A stretch of 44,652 nt of DNA from NCBI GenBank assembly GCA_964657765.1, contig CAZZWN010000001.1, forward strand, positions 28,858-73,509. Reading direction: 5' to 3'. Positions 8,551 to 17,274 of the stretch are shown one piece after another (positions within the stretch are counted from its first letter, which is position 1; each line of letters opens with the position of its first letter). The notes below the pieces were generated by a model that was not told where the DNA came from, ran no database searches, and saw only the letters and a list, made by a program, of their open reading frames with translations. The stretch comes from an uncultured Acetobacteraceae bacterium (lineage in GTDB: Bacteria > Pseudomonadota > Alphaproteobacteria > Acetobacterales > Acetobacteraceae). A program made the position numbers and the translations under genes.

Positions 8551-9348
8551 ATGAACTACGTCTCTGCCGCCACTCGCCCCGGCCCCGATTTCGTCAGCCT
8601 GTTGCGTGAAACCGCGCCAGCCCGCTCCATCGCCGAGGAGCGGCTGCACCGCAAGCAGCGCCTCGCCGCCACGTTCCGCCTGTTCGCCCGCTATGGCTTC
8701 GACCAGGGCCTCGCCGGCCACGTCACCGCCCGTGACCCCGAGCACACCGACAGCTTTTGGGTGAACCCGCTGGGCCAGCATTTCGGCCAGATCCGCGTCC
8801 GCGACCTCATCCGGGTCGATCACACCGGCGAGGTGGTGGAGGGTGACCGCCCGGTGAACCGCGCCGCCTTCGCCATCCACTCCGCCATCCATGCTGCCCG
8901 GCCGGACGTGGTGGCGGCGGCGCACACGCATTCGACCTACGGCAAGGCCTGGTCCACGCTGGGCCGCAAGCTCGATCCGCTGACGCAGGACAGCTGCAAG
9001 TTCTACGGCGACCACGAACTGTTCAACGATTTCTCCGGCGTGGTGCTGGAGCAGAGCGAGGGCGATCGCATCGCCGCGGCACTCGGGCCGCACAAGGCGG
9101 TCATCCTGCGCAACCACGGCATCCTGACCGTGGGCGACACGGTGGAAGCGGCGGCGTGGTGGTACATCTCGATGGACAATGCCGCGCAGACGCAGCTGCT
9201 GGCGGAGGCCGCGGGCAAGCCCATCCCGATCGATCACGAAACTGCGGTCCTCACCGCCAGCCAAGTAAGCCGCCCCCGTTCCGGCCTGCTCAGCTTCCAG
9301 CCGCTCTGGGAGCTGGTGACGGCGCAAGAGCCGGATTTGCTGGATTGA
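8551..9348 (+). CDS. Class II aldolase/adducin-family metalloenzyme
   Basis: GHVTARDP, HSAIH, AAHTHS and LRNHG motifs; AGGAG SD. Confidence 0.9.
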   Translation: MNYVSAATRPGPDFVSLLRETAPARSIAEERLHRKQRLAATFRLFARYGFDQGLAGHVTARDPEHTDSFWVNPLGQHFGQIRVRDLIRVDHTGEVVEGDRPVNRAAFAIHSAIHAARPDVVAAAHTHSTYGKAWSTLGRKLDPLTQDSCKFYGDHELFNDFSGVVLEQSEGDRIAAALGPHKAVILRNHGILTVGDTVEAAAWWYISMDNAAQTQLLAEAAGKPIPIDHETAVLTASQVSRPRSGLLSFQPLWELVTAQEPDLLD

Positions 9349-10292
9349 CCACGATCCACCTAAGCCGGCGCACGCTGCTCGCAAGCGGGCTGCTGCTGGC
9401 GTGCCCGGCCGTTGCGGCCCAGACCGTGCTGCGCATCGGCGACCAGAAAGGCGGCGCGCAGCCGCTCATGCAGGCGGCCGGCGTGCTCGACAGCCTGCCC
9501 TATCGGCTGGAATGGAGCCAATTCGCCGGGGCGCCCATGCTGATGGAGGCGCTGAACGCGGACGCCATCGATGCGGGCGGCATCGGCGACGCGCCGTTCG
9601 TATCCGGCATCGCGTCCGCCATTCCGATGTCGGCCGTGTCGGCCACCCAGTCGGACGGAGCGGTCACGGCGCTGGTCGTGCCGGGCGCGTCCCCCATCCG
9701 CACCGTGGCCGACCTGAAAGGCCGGTCCGTCGCGACGCTGCGGGGGCAGACGGGACATTTCCTGGTGTTGGCGGCGCTGCAGGCAGCGGGGTTGCGGCAC
9801 AATGACGTGCAATTCGTGTTCCTCGCGCCCTCCGATGCCAAGGCGGCGCTGGCGTCCGGCAGCGTCGATGCCTGGGCCACATGGGGGCCCTACATCGCCC
9901 AGGCCAAGGTGCAGGACGGTGCGCGGGAGGTGGTGAACGGCCGCGGCCTGATGAGCGGGCAAAGCTACACGGTCGCCAGCAAGGCCGCAGTCAAGGCCAA
10001 GCGGGACGCATTGAGCGACTTCCTGCGGCGTTCGCGTCTGGCGCGTGACTGGGGGCTGGCCAATCCGGATGCCCAGGCCCGGGTTTGGGCCGAGCAGACC
10101 GGCTTCCCGATCGCCGTTGGCCAGGTCGTCGTGGACACGGCGCAAACCCGCACCGTGGCCATCGACGACGCGGTGATTGCCGCACAGCAGCGTGTCGCCG
10201 ATTTCTTCCAGGCGGCCCGGGTCATTCCGCAGCCTCAAACGGCGGGCGACTATTTCGACCGTTCGTTCAACGCAGCGGTCTTCGCGGCCTGA
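9345..10292 (+). CDS. Aliphatic sulfonate-type ABC substrate-binding protein
   Basis: TTG start overlapping the aldolase stop (TTGA); SRRTLL Tat signal; LRIGDQKGG and VDAWATWGPY. Confidence 0.88.
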   Translation: MTTIHLSRRTLLASGLLLACPAVAAQTVLRIGDQKGGAQPLMQAAGVLDSLPYRLEWSQFAGAPMLMEALNADAIDAGGIGDAPFVSGIASAIPMSAVSATQSDGAVTALVVPGASPIRTVADLKGRSVATLRGQTGHFLVLAALQAAGLRHNDVQFVFLAPSDAKAALASGSVDAWATWGPYIAQAKVQDGAREVVNGRGLMSGQSYTVASKAAVKAKRDALSDFLRRSRLARDWGLANPDAQARVWAEQTGFPIAVGQVVVDTAQTRTVAIDDAVIAAQQRVADFFQAARVIPQPQTAGDYFDRSFNAAVFAA

Positions 10293-10311
10293 TGCCGGGC
10301 GCGCCGACGCC

Positions 10312-11709
10312 TCACCGGGACGATGGCAACCCGCCCAGCAGGCCCGCCAGATGCGTCGCCAGCGCCTCGCATTGGCGGCGCAAATCGGGCACCGCCGTCA
10401 TCTCCCAAAATATCGCCTTGGTGATCGGACCGACCGCAAACAGCTGACGCGACACCGCCCCGGATGCCTCACGCAGGGCGCAGGTGCCGGTCACATCGAG
10501 CCCGAGCCGAAGCAAATCGGGCCGCGCCAGGCCAGTGTCCAGCATGGTTCGCAGCAACGGATCGCTGGTACGCTCATAATCGCAAGACGGCCCGGAACAG
10601 TTGATGACCCGGCTCACTGCCAACGTGCCCTCACCACCGCCATCCCGGCGTCGCAAGCGGAACTTCACCTCCACCCCGCCGGCGGTATCGGGCCGATAGG
10701 CCTGGATGCGGCCGGCACGAACGCGAAGCTGCCCGGAGGCCCGCGCGCTGGCGATCCTGTCCGCCACGGACGGGGCCATGCGATGCCGATGCACGTCCCA
10801 CCACGGGCGCAGGTGGCGCAGGAAGGCCGCCCGATCCCGCGGCGGCATGGCCTGCCAGATGTCCTGAGTGAACGGCCGGAGCGAATCCACGGTGCTCTGC
10901 CATGAACCGCCGCGCGCGATCGTCTGCCGCGCCGCGCCGCGCATGAACCGCAGCAGCGCGATGGCGCTCGTCGGGAACGACGGAACGGCGTCTTGCGCCA
11001 AGGCCGGTCCGTGGGCGTGGCGCAGCGGCAGCAAGCCGCGCCGGGAAAGCGCGTTGATCGGGCCGCTATGCCCGCGGTCCAGCAGTGAGATGATCGTGTC
11101 GATCGCCGTCAACCCGGTGCCGATCAGCAGCACTGGCGCAGCCGGATCGAGCCCATCCACGGCGCCGGGTTCCCAAGGGTCGGCGCGGTATAACACGCTG
11201 TCGTAGAAGCGCGGGTCATCGACGCGGGGCGGCTCGGGTGGAAAATTGCCGGTCGCAAGCACCGCGAAGTCGGCGGACAGCAGCCGGTCGCGGTCGAGCT
11301 GGAGAACGAGTTCCGCCCCCTTCGGCCGGATGCGCTGCACCTCTCCGCGCACCAGCATCAGCCGGCTCGTGATGTCGGGGCGTCGCAATTCGATTTTCAG
11401 CAGGTCGCGGATATAAGCGCCGAACGCATGCCTCGGCACGAAGCAGTGGCCGGTACTGTCCTGCCAGGCCGGGTGCTTATGGAGCCATTGCAGGAAATCG
11501 GTCGGCCGGTCGTGGAAGGCGCTCATGCGCGCCGCCGGCACGTTCAGCAGATGATTGGGATTGCCGCTCCCATACGCGAGGCCGTGGCCGAACCGCCGCG
11601 ACCGTTCGATCAACAGCACATTGGTGCCGGCAGGCGCACGACGCAACGCATGCAGCGCGAGCAGCGTGCCGCTGAACCCGGCGCCCACGATGGCGAGCGT
11701 GCGGGTCAA
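10312..11709 (-). CDS. FAD/NAD(P)-binding oxidoreductase (YdhS-like)
   Basis: IVGAGFSG, GLAYG, HLLNVPAARMS, VLATGN, IGTGLTAID, WWDVHRHR, WEMTAVP; TTG start at 11709. Confidence 0.85.
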   Translation of the reverse strand: MTRTLAIVGAGFSGTLLALHALRRAPAGTNVLLIERSRRFGHGLAYGSGNPNHLLNVPAARMSAFHDRPTDFLQWLHKHPAWQDSTGHCFVPRHAFGAYIRDLLKIELRRPDITSRLMLVRGEVQRIRPKGAELVLQLDRDRLLSADFAVLATGNFPPEPPRVDDPRFYDSVLYRADPWEPGAVDGLDPAAPVLLIGTGLTAIDTIISLLDRGHSGPINALSRRGLLPLRHAHGPALAQDAVPSFPTSAIALLRFMRGAARQTIARGGSWQSTVDSLRPFTQDIWQAMPPRDRAAFLRHLRPWWDVHRHRMAPSVADRIASARASGQLRVRAGRIQAYRPDTAGGVEVKFRLRRRDGGGEGTLAVSRVINCSGPSCDYERTSDPLLRTMLDTGLARPDLLRLGLDVTGTCALREASGAVSRQLFAVGPITKAIFWEMTAVPDLRRQCEALATHLAGLLGGLPSSR

Positions 11710-11879
11710 GCAACCGCCCTTCGCTTGCACAGCCCTGACCAACAATGAACGGCGCAGCATGCGTCCGAAGCGTAAAACCATCTGGGCCCCGATGGGGCAG
11801 CCGAACCCGCCTCAAGCGAGATGTCGCCCACCTCCGTAAGACCCGGCAGCTTGGCCGGCGATCCGGACAGCGCTGCCAA
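11706..11879 (-). CDS. Possible Cys-rich small ORF (up to 57 aa) between ssuD and the FAD gene
   Basis: Ends ...WFYASDACCAVHCWSGLCKRRAVA*; stop overlaps the FAD-gene TTG. Start uncertain. Confidence 0.35.
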   Translation of the reverse strand: MAALSGSPAKLPGLTEVGDISLEAGSAAPSGPRWFYASDACCAVHCWSGLCKRRAVA

Positions 11880-11888
11880 GGGACGCCG

Positions 11889-13058
11889 TCAGCCCGCGGC
11901 CCGGCGTGACGGCGCGGCGACATTGGCGATCACCTCGCCGAACGGGCCAGCGTTGCGGGCCGGCCCGAGATCGTTCCCCGTGGTCGCCTTCAGCGGCAGC
12001 AGCGGAAAAACCAGTTCGGCAAAGCGATAGCACTCCTCAAGGTGGGGATACCCCGATAGGATGAAGCGATCAATGCCCAGTGCCATGTACTCGCGCATAC
12101 GGTCGGCCACTTGCTGAGGGTCGCCGACCAGCGCGGTTCCCGCACCGCCGCGCACAAGGCCAACACCCGCCCAAAGGTTAGGGCTGATCTCCAACTTGTC
12201 GCGCCGGCCGCCGTGCAGCTGGGCCATGCGCTGCTGACCGACGGAATCGAACTTGGCGAACGCCGCCTGTGCCTTGGCAATGGTCGCATCGTCGAGTTGC
12301 GCGATCAGCTCGTCGGCAGCCTCCCAGGCCTTCGCCGCCGTTTCACGGACGATCACGTGCAGGCGGATGCCGAACGACAACTCACGACCCTGCGCCGCCG
12401 CCGCGGCACGCACGGCGGCAATTTTCGCACCGACATCGGCGGGCGGTTCACCCCACGTCAGATAGACATCCACATGGTCCACCGCGACCGCCTGTCCGGC
12501 TGCCGAGGAGCCGCCGAAATAAAGCGGCGGATAGGGCGTCTGCACCGGCGGATAAAGCAGGCTGCCGGCCTCGATCGCCATATGCCGGCCCTGATAAGTG
12601 ACGGTCTCACCAGCCATCAGCCCGCGCCATATGGTGAGGAACTCGTCGGTCGCCTCGTAGCGCTCGTCGTGTTTCAGCCAAACGCCGTCGCCATGCAGCT
12701 CGCCCGGGTCGCCGCCCGCGACCACATTGATCAGCAGGCGTCCCCCCGACAGCCGGTCCAGCGTCGCCGCCATTCGCGCCGACATCGCGGGTTGGCTCAG
12801 GCCGGGCCTGACGGCCACCAAGAATCGTAGGCGCTGGGTCAACGGGACCATGGCGGACGCCACAACCCAGGAGTCCTCGCAGGACTTCCCCGTCGGCAGC
12901 AGCACGCCATAATAGCCCAATTCGTCGGCCGCCCGGGCGATCTGGCTCAGGTAACCGAGCGTCACATGCCGCGCGCCGACCTCGGTGCCGAGATAGCGGC
13001 CGTCGCCGTGGGTGGGCAAAAACCAGAGAACGTCGGCCTTCTCGGCGGCGATGCTCAT
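11889..13058 (-). CDS. ssuD: FMNH2-dependent alkanesulfonate monooxygenase
   Basis: [64 protein letters not shown]. Confidence 0.95.
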   Translation of the reverse strand: MSIAAEKADVLWFLPTHGDGRYLGTEVGARHVTLGYLSQIARAADELGYYGVLLPTGKSCEDSWVVASAMVPLTQRLRFLVAVRPGLSQPAMSARMAATLDRLSGGRLLINVVAGGDPGELHGDGVWLKHDERYEATDEFLTIWRGLMAGETVTYQGRHMAIEAGSLLYPPVQTPYPPLYFGGSSAAGQAVAVDHVDVYLTWGEPPADVGAKIAAVRAAAAAQGRELSFGIRLHVIVRETAAKAWEAADELIAQLDDATIAKAQAAFAKFDSVGQQRMAQLHGGRRDKLEISPNLWAGVGLVRGGAGTALVGDPQQVADRMREYMALGIDRFILSGYPHLEECYRFAELVFPLLPLKATTGNDLGPARNAGPFGEVIANVAAPSRRAAG

Positions 13059-14029
13059 GTGCGGGGACTCCAGACTGCGCTCGCGACGTCCAGCTTTTGC
13101 GGGATCAGACGCAGGTTGAAGAATGTGTCGGCGATTTTCTGCTGGTCGGCCACAACATCCGGCGTCAACGGACGCACGCCGTAGCCCATGCGGCTCACCG
13201 CCCGTGCAATCACGGGTTGGCTCAGCCCCATGCTTGCCGCCAACAGCCTCGTCGCCTCATCCTGGTGCTGTTCCGCCCAACGATCCGTTGCGTCGATCTG
13301 CGCAATGAGGGTTTGCAACAGGTCGGGATGATCATGCGCAAAGTCGCGGGTGGCAAGGAAGAACTGCCGGTTCGGCGCCAGCGGCTGGCCGCCAACGCCG
13401 CTGCCGTCCAACAGAACGCGTCCGCCGGTCGCATCCTGCGCCGCGGACAGGAAAGGATCCCAAATCGCCCAGGCATCCACGTTGCCGCGCTCGAATGCGG
13501 CCCGGGCGTCCGCTGGCGCCAGATAGGCCGGCTTGATATCGGAAGGCTTCAGCCCGGCGCTGGCCAAGGCCTGCACGAGCAAATAGTGGACATTCGACCC
13601 TTTGTTGAGCGCCACCGTACGCCCCTTCAGGTCGGCAACCGACGTAAGAAGGGAGTCCTTCGGAACCAGGATCGCCTCCCCGCCCGGCGATGGCGGCTCA
13701 TAACCGACATAAAGCAGCGGCGAGCCTGCAGCTTGGGCGAAGACCGGCGGCGCCTCACCCGTCGTGCCGAAATCGAGTGCCCCTGCGCTGAGCGCTTCCA
13801 GCAGTTGCGGGCCGCCCGGGAACTCGTTCCAAGTGACGCTCCAGCCCAATGGCTGCAGCGCCTGCTCTAAAATGCGACGCTCCCGCAGGATGATCAGGGT
13901 ACCGTATTTCTGCACGCCGATGCGCAGCACTTTCTCCGCCGCGCGGCTCGCACGCGGCAGCAAGATTGCTGCGGCAGCGGTGCCAAGGACGGCACGCCGG
14001 GCCAAATTCGGCGTCTGTACTGACTTCAT
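13055..14029 (-). CDS. ssuA: Aliphatic sulfonate-binding protein
   Basis: [50 protein letters not shown]; ATGA overlap with ssuD; ARRAVL signal. Confidence 0.9.
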   Translation of the reverse strand: MKSVQTPNLARRAVLGTAAAAILLPRASRAAEKVLRIGVQKYGTLIILRERRILEQALQPLGWSVTWNEFPGGPQLLEALSAGALDFGTTGEAPPVFAQAAGSPLLYVGYEPPSPGGEAILVPKDSLLTSVADLKGRTVALNKGSNVHYLLVQALASAGLKPSDIKPAYLAPADARAAFERGNVDAWAIWDPFLSAAQDATGGRVLLDGSGVGGQPLAPNRQFFLATRDFAHDHPDLLQTLIAQIDATDRWAEQHQDEATRLLAASMGLSQPVIARAVSRMGYGVRPLTPDVVADQQKIADTFFNLRLIPQKLDVASAVWSPRT

Positions 14030-14195
14030 GTTGGGGTAACCCGTTCTGCGGCACGACCGGCGGACTGCCGGACACATTAAGCCCCAAGTTGCTGCAAAAG
14101 ACCGCTGGCTTCAATGCCGCAACCCCCGATTTGAATAATGGTTGTTCCCAGTATCCGCTTAACGACGTAAAGTAACTACGGATCGTCTCCAACGT

Positions 14196-14270
14196 AGCAT
14201 ACCGTTCTCCGATGCCATGAACAGGGCGCCTGCAAATCGAAGTTCCGATACCATCGGAGAACGCCATGCT
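14196..14270. repeat. Long inverted repeat in the ssuA/metN divergent region
   Basis: AGCATACCGTTCTCCGATG (14196-14214) versus CATCGGAGAACGCCATGCT (14252-14270): perfect 12-bp core, 17/19 overall, 37-nt spacer. Confidence 0.75.
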
Positions 14271-14346
14271 CTTTCCAGCGTAGGTTTCAGAGATGGAGCG
14301 CTGCATTGACGCGGGCGGCAGCCGACCTGCTCTTTTTTGCTTTCCA

Positions 14347-14475
14347 ATGACTTGGACGACATTGACCGCAGCCAGCGATCCTGCCAAGCCAGATGCCATG
14401 GTCAGCGCCCCGTCATCTCAGTTCCAGGTAACGCCTCGCCTCGAGACAGGTGGCTGCAAGTGTCCGGTCGTCTAA
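14347..14475 (+). CDS. Possible Cys-tailed leader peptide upstream of metNIQ
   Basis: MTWTTLTAAS...ETGGCKCPVV* (42 aa), downstream of TTGACGCG at 14306; hairpin 14459-14484 covers the last Cys codon and the stop. Confidence 0.35.
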   Translation: MTWTTLTAASDPAKPDAMVSAPSSQFQVTPRLETGGCKCPVV

Positions 14476-14710
14476 CCGGTCACTGTTCAAAGCAACCTTC
14501 GCTCGTCCGCCAGTCACGTGCAGACGAGGCCGTCATGGTCCGAGCGCGTAATTCCGAGGTGGGTGGCGGCATGTCTGAGCATTTCCTCCCAAACTGGCCG
14601 GGGCAGTCCGCTCCGGCCTTTCTTGGGCGTGCGATCCGCCGGCAGTTCGTGGCCGGGGCTCACTCCGGTGCAGCTCAGGTGTGCGTCACCCGGCAACGGC
14701 AGGTGCTGGC

Positions 14711-15823
14711 ATGGTGAGCATGCCGCCACTTGCCGGCCCGCAAGCGGCGCAGACGTCGGCCGAGCCGGTCGTGCGGCTGTCGCACGTCACCAAGCGCTTT
14801 GGTTCGGTTGCAGCACTCAGCGACGTGTCGTTGGACGTCACACGCGGCAGGGTGCTGGGCGTGATCGGCCGCAGCGGCGCAGGCAAGTCGACCTTGATCC
14901 GTTTGCTCAACGGCTTGGAGCGGCCGGACAGCGGCTCGGTGCACTTCGAAGGGCAGGACCTCACCGGCCTCTCCGAACGCGCGCTGCAGCCGGTGCGGCA
15001 ACGCATCGGCATGATCTTCCAGCACTTCAACCTGCTCTCCGCCAAGACCGTCGCGGCCAATATCGCCTTGCCGCTGCGCATCGTCGGCCAGCCCCGCGCC
15101 GAACGCGCACGCCGCGTGGCGGAGTTGCTCGACCTAGTAGGCTTGTCCGACAAGGCCCAATCCTACCCGGCGCAGCTGTCCGGTGGCCAAAAGCAACGCG
15201 TCGGCATCGCGCGCGCCCTGGCCGCGGAGCCGGTCCTCCTGCTGTCGGACGAGGCAACCTCCGCGCTCGATCCCGAGACCACCGCCTCGATCCTGGCCCT
15301 GCTCAGCAGCATCAATCGCAAGCTCGGTCTCAGCATCGTGCTGATCACACACGAGATGAGCGTCGTGCGTGCCGTCGCCGACGAGGTCGCCGTCATGGAA
15401 GGCGGCCGGCTTATTGAACAAGGCCTGGTAGGCGACGTGTTGACGCGCCCGCGATCCAAGGGCACGCAGCGCTTCGTCGCCGCGGTGCGGCCCGACCTGC
15501 CCCGCTTTCTCCGCGTAGCCCTGTCCGCCGAGCCATCCGACGCACACGACCCGGTGCTGCAGATCGACGTACTGGGCGAGCAGGCGCGTGCCCCCATCCT
15601 GGCCCGCCTCGCCGCTGCGACCGGCGCGGAACCCACATTGCTGCACGGCGGCATCGACCATGTGCAGGATCAGCCGTTCGGCCGCATCTACGTCAGCCTG
15701 CGCAGTCAAGACGAAACCCGGTCCGGTGATCCGACCCATGATCTGGCCGATCGCGCCCTGGCATTCCTAACGGGTGGCGTCACTGCCGCGGAGGTGGTCG
15801 GCTATGTCCGCCGCACTGCTTGA
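14711..15823 (+). CDS. metN: Methionine-type ABC transporter ATP-binding protein
   Basis: GRSGAGKS, IFQHFNLLS, LSGGQKQRVGIARALA, DEATSALDPETT, NIL-like C-terminus. Confidence 0.92.
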   Translation: MVSMPPLAGPQAAQTSAEPVVRLSHVTKRFGSVAALSDVSLDVTRGRVLGVIGRSGAGKSTLIRLLNGLERPDSGSVHFEGQDLTGLSERALQPVRQRIGMIFQHFNLLSAKTVAANIALPLRIVGQPRAERARRVAELLDLVGLSDKAQSYPAQLSGGQKQRVGIARALAAEPVLLLSDEATSALDPETTASILALLSSINRKLGLSIVLITHEMSVVRAVADEVAVMEGGRLIEQGLVGDVLTRPRSKGTQRFVAAVRPDLPRFLRVALSAEPSDAHDPVLQIDVLGEQARAPILARLAAATGAEPTLLHGGIDHVQDQPFGRIYVSLRSQDETRSGDPTHDLADRALAFLTGGVTAAEVVGYVRRTA

Positions 15824-16460
15824 CCTGCTGCGCCTATCGATCTGGGAAACGCTCGAGATGGTCGGCGTCTCGGCGCTGATCGCGATCGCCGTCGGGCTCC
15901 CGCTCGCGCTGGTGCTGGTGGCAACCGACGATGGCGGCATCTGGCCGCACCGGCTGATCAACCGGGTCCTGGGAGGCTTCGTGAATGCCGTCCGGTCCAT
16001 CCCCTTCATCATCCTTCTCGTGGCCGTCATCCCCCTCACCCGGCTGATCGTCGGCACCTCCATCGGCACGGCCGCCGCCATCGTGCCTCTCGCCATCGCC
16101 GCAACGCCTTACTACGCGCGCATCGCCGAGGTGTCGTTGCGCGAGGTCGAGCGCGGACTGATCGAGGCCGCCCGCTCGATGGGCGCCAGCCGGACCACTC
16201 TGGTGCTCGACGTGCTGATCCCGGAGGCGCTGCCTGGCCTGATCTCCGGCTTCACGGTGACGCTGGTGACGCTGATCGGTTCGTCGGCCATCGCCGGTGC
16301 CGTGGGGGCGGGCGGCTTGGGCGATCTCGCCATCCGCTACGGCTATCAACGGTTCGAGACGAACGTGATGCTGTCCGTCGTCGCCGTGCTGATCGTGCTG
16401 GTGTGCGGCGTGCAATGGTGCGGCGATCGCCTGGCCCGGGCGGTCGACCGCCGCGCCTGA
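15804..16460 (+). CDS. metI: Methionine-type ABC transporter permease
   Basis: RSIPFIILL, GTSIGTAAA, GAGGLGDLAIRYGYQRF. Confidence 0.92.
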   Translation: MSAALLDLLRLSIWETLEMVGVSALIAIAVGLPLALVLVATDDGGIWPHRLINRVLGGFVNAVRSIPFIILLVAVIPLTRLIVGTSIGTAAAIVPLAIAATPYYARIAEVSLREVERGLIEAARSMGASRTTLVLDVLIPEALPGLISGFTVTLVTLIGSSAIAGAVGAGGLGDLAIRYGYQRFETNVMLSVVAVLIVLVCGVQWCGDRLARAVDRRA

Positions 16461-16484
16461 TTGACCTACCAAGGAGCCTAAACA

Positions 16485-17273
16485 GTGATTCGATCGACAC
16501 GCCGGTTGGTCTTGGGCCTGGCCTTACTCGCAACGGCCGCTCCGGTGATGGCTGCAGAGGCGCCGCTCCGGGTCGGCACCTCGTCCGGCCCCTACGCCGC
16601 CATCATGGATCATGTCGTGCCGCTCACGAAGGCGCAGGGCCTGGACATCAAGGTCTTCGAGTTCAACGACTACACCATCCCGAACGAGGCGCTGTTCCGG
16701 GGCGACCTGGACGTCAGCAATTTCCAGCACCGCCCGTATATGGAGAACGCCAACCGCACCCGCGGCTACGACATCGTCCCGCTGGCGACCAGCATCATCA
16801 CGCCGCTCGGCATCTACTCGCAGAAGCTGCACGCGATTGCGGACCTTCCGGACGGCGCACAGCTCGCCATCCCGAATGACCCGTCGAACGGCGCCCGCGC
16901 CTTGCTGCTGCTTCAGAGCGCCGGGCTGATCACGCTGCGTTCCGGCGTGGATGTCTCGGCGACGGTTCTGGACATTACCGGCAATCCGAAGCATCTAAAG
17001 TTCCTCGAACTCGATGCCGCGCAACTGCCGCGGTCGCTGGGGGACGTGGCTGCTGCCGCGGTGAACATGAACTATGCCGTCAACGCCGGATTGGACCCGA
17101 AGAAGGCGCTGGTGCTGGAGGCCAAGGATTCGCGCTTCGCCCTCGTGTTCACGACGCGCGCCAAGGATAAGGAGGACCCGCGCATCGCCAAGCTCATCGC
17201 CATCTATCGCTCGCCAGAGGTGAAGCAGTTCATCCTCGACCGCTTCGGCGGCAGCATCATCCCGACCTGGTAG
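16485..17273 (+). CDS. metQ: MetQ/NlpA-family substrate-binding protein
   Basis: EFNDYTIPNEAL, NFQHRPY, IPNDPSNGARALLLL, LDAAQLPRSL. Confidence 0.9.
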   Translation: MIRSTRRLVLGLALLATAAPVMAAEAPLRVGTSSGPYAAIMDHVVPLTKAQGLDIKVFEFNDYTIPNEALFRGDLDVSNFQHRPYMENANRTRGYDIVPLATSIITPLGIYSQKLHAIADLPDGAQLAIPNDPSNGARALLLLQSAGLITLRSGVDVSATVLDITGNPKHLKFLELDAAQLPRSLGDVAAAAVNMNYAVNAGLDPKKALVLEAKDSRFALVFTTRAKDKEDPRIAKLIAIYRSPEVKQFILDRFGGSIIPTW

Positions 17274-17274
17274 C

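Noticed and set aside
14030-14077. In-frame MCPAVRRSC extension of ssuA as a Cys sensor
   Set aside because: No SD or separate stop; two Cys could be chance.
14476-14710. SAM riboswitch upstream of metN
   Set aside because: No SAM-II or SAM-SAH consensus recognisable by eye; an Rfam scan is needed to exclude it fully.
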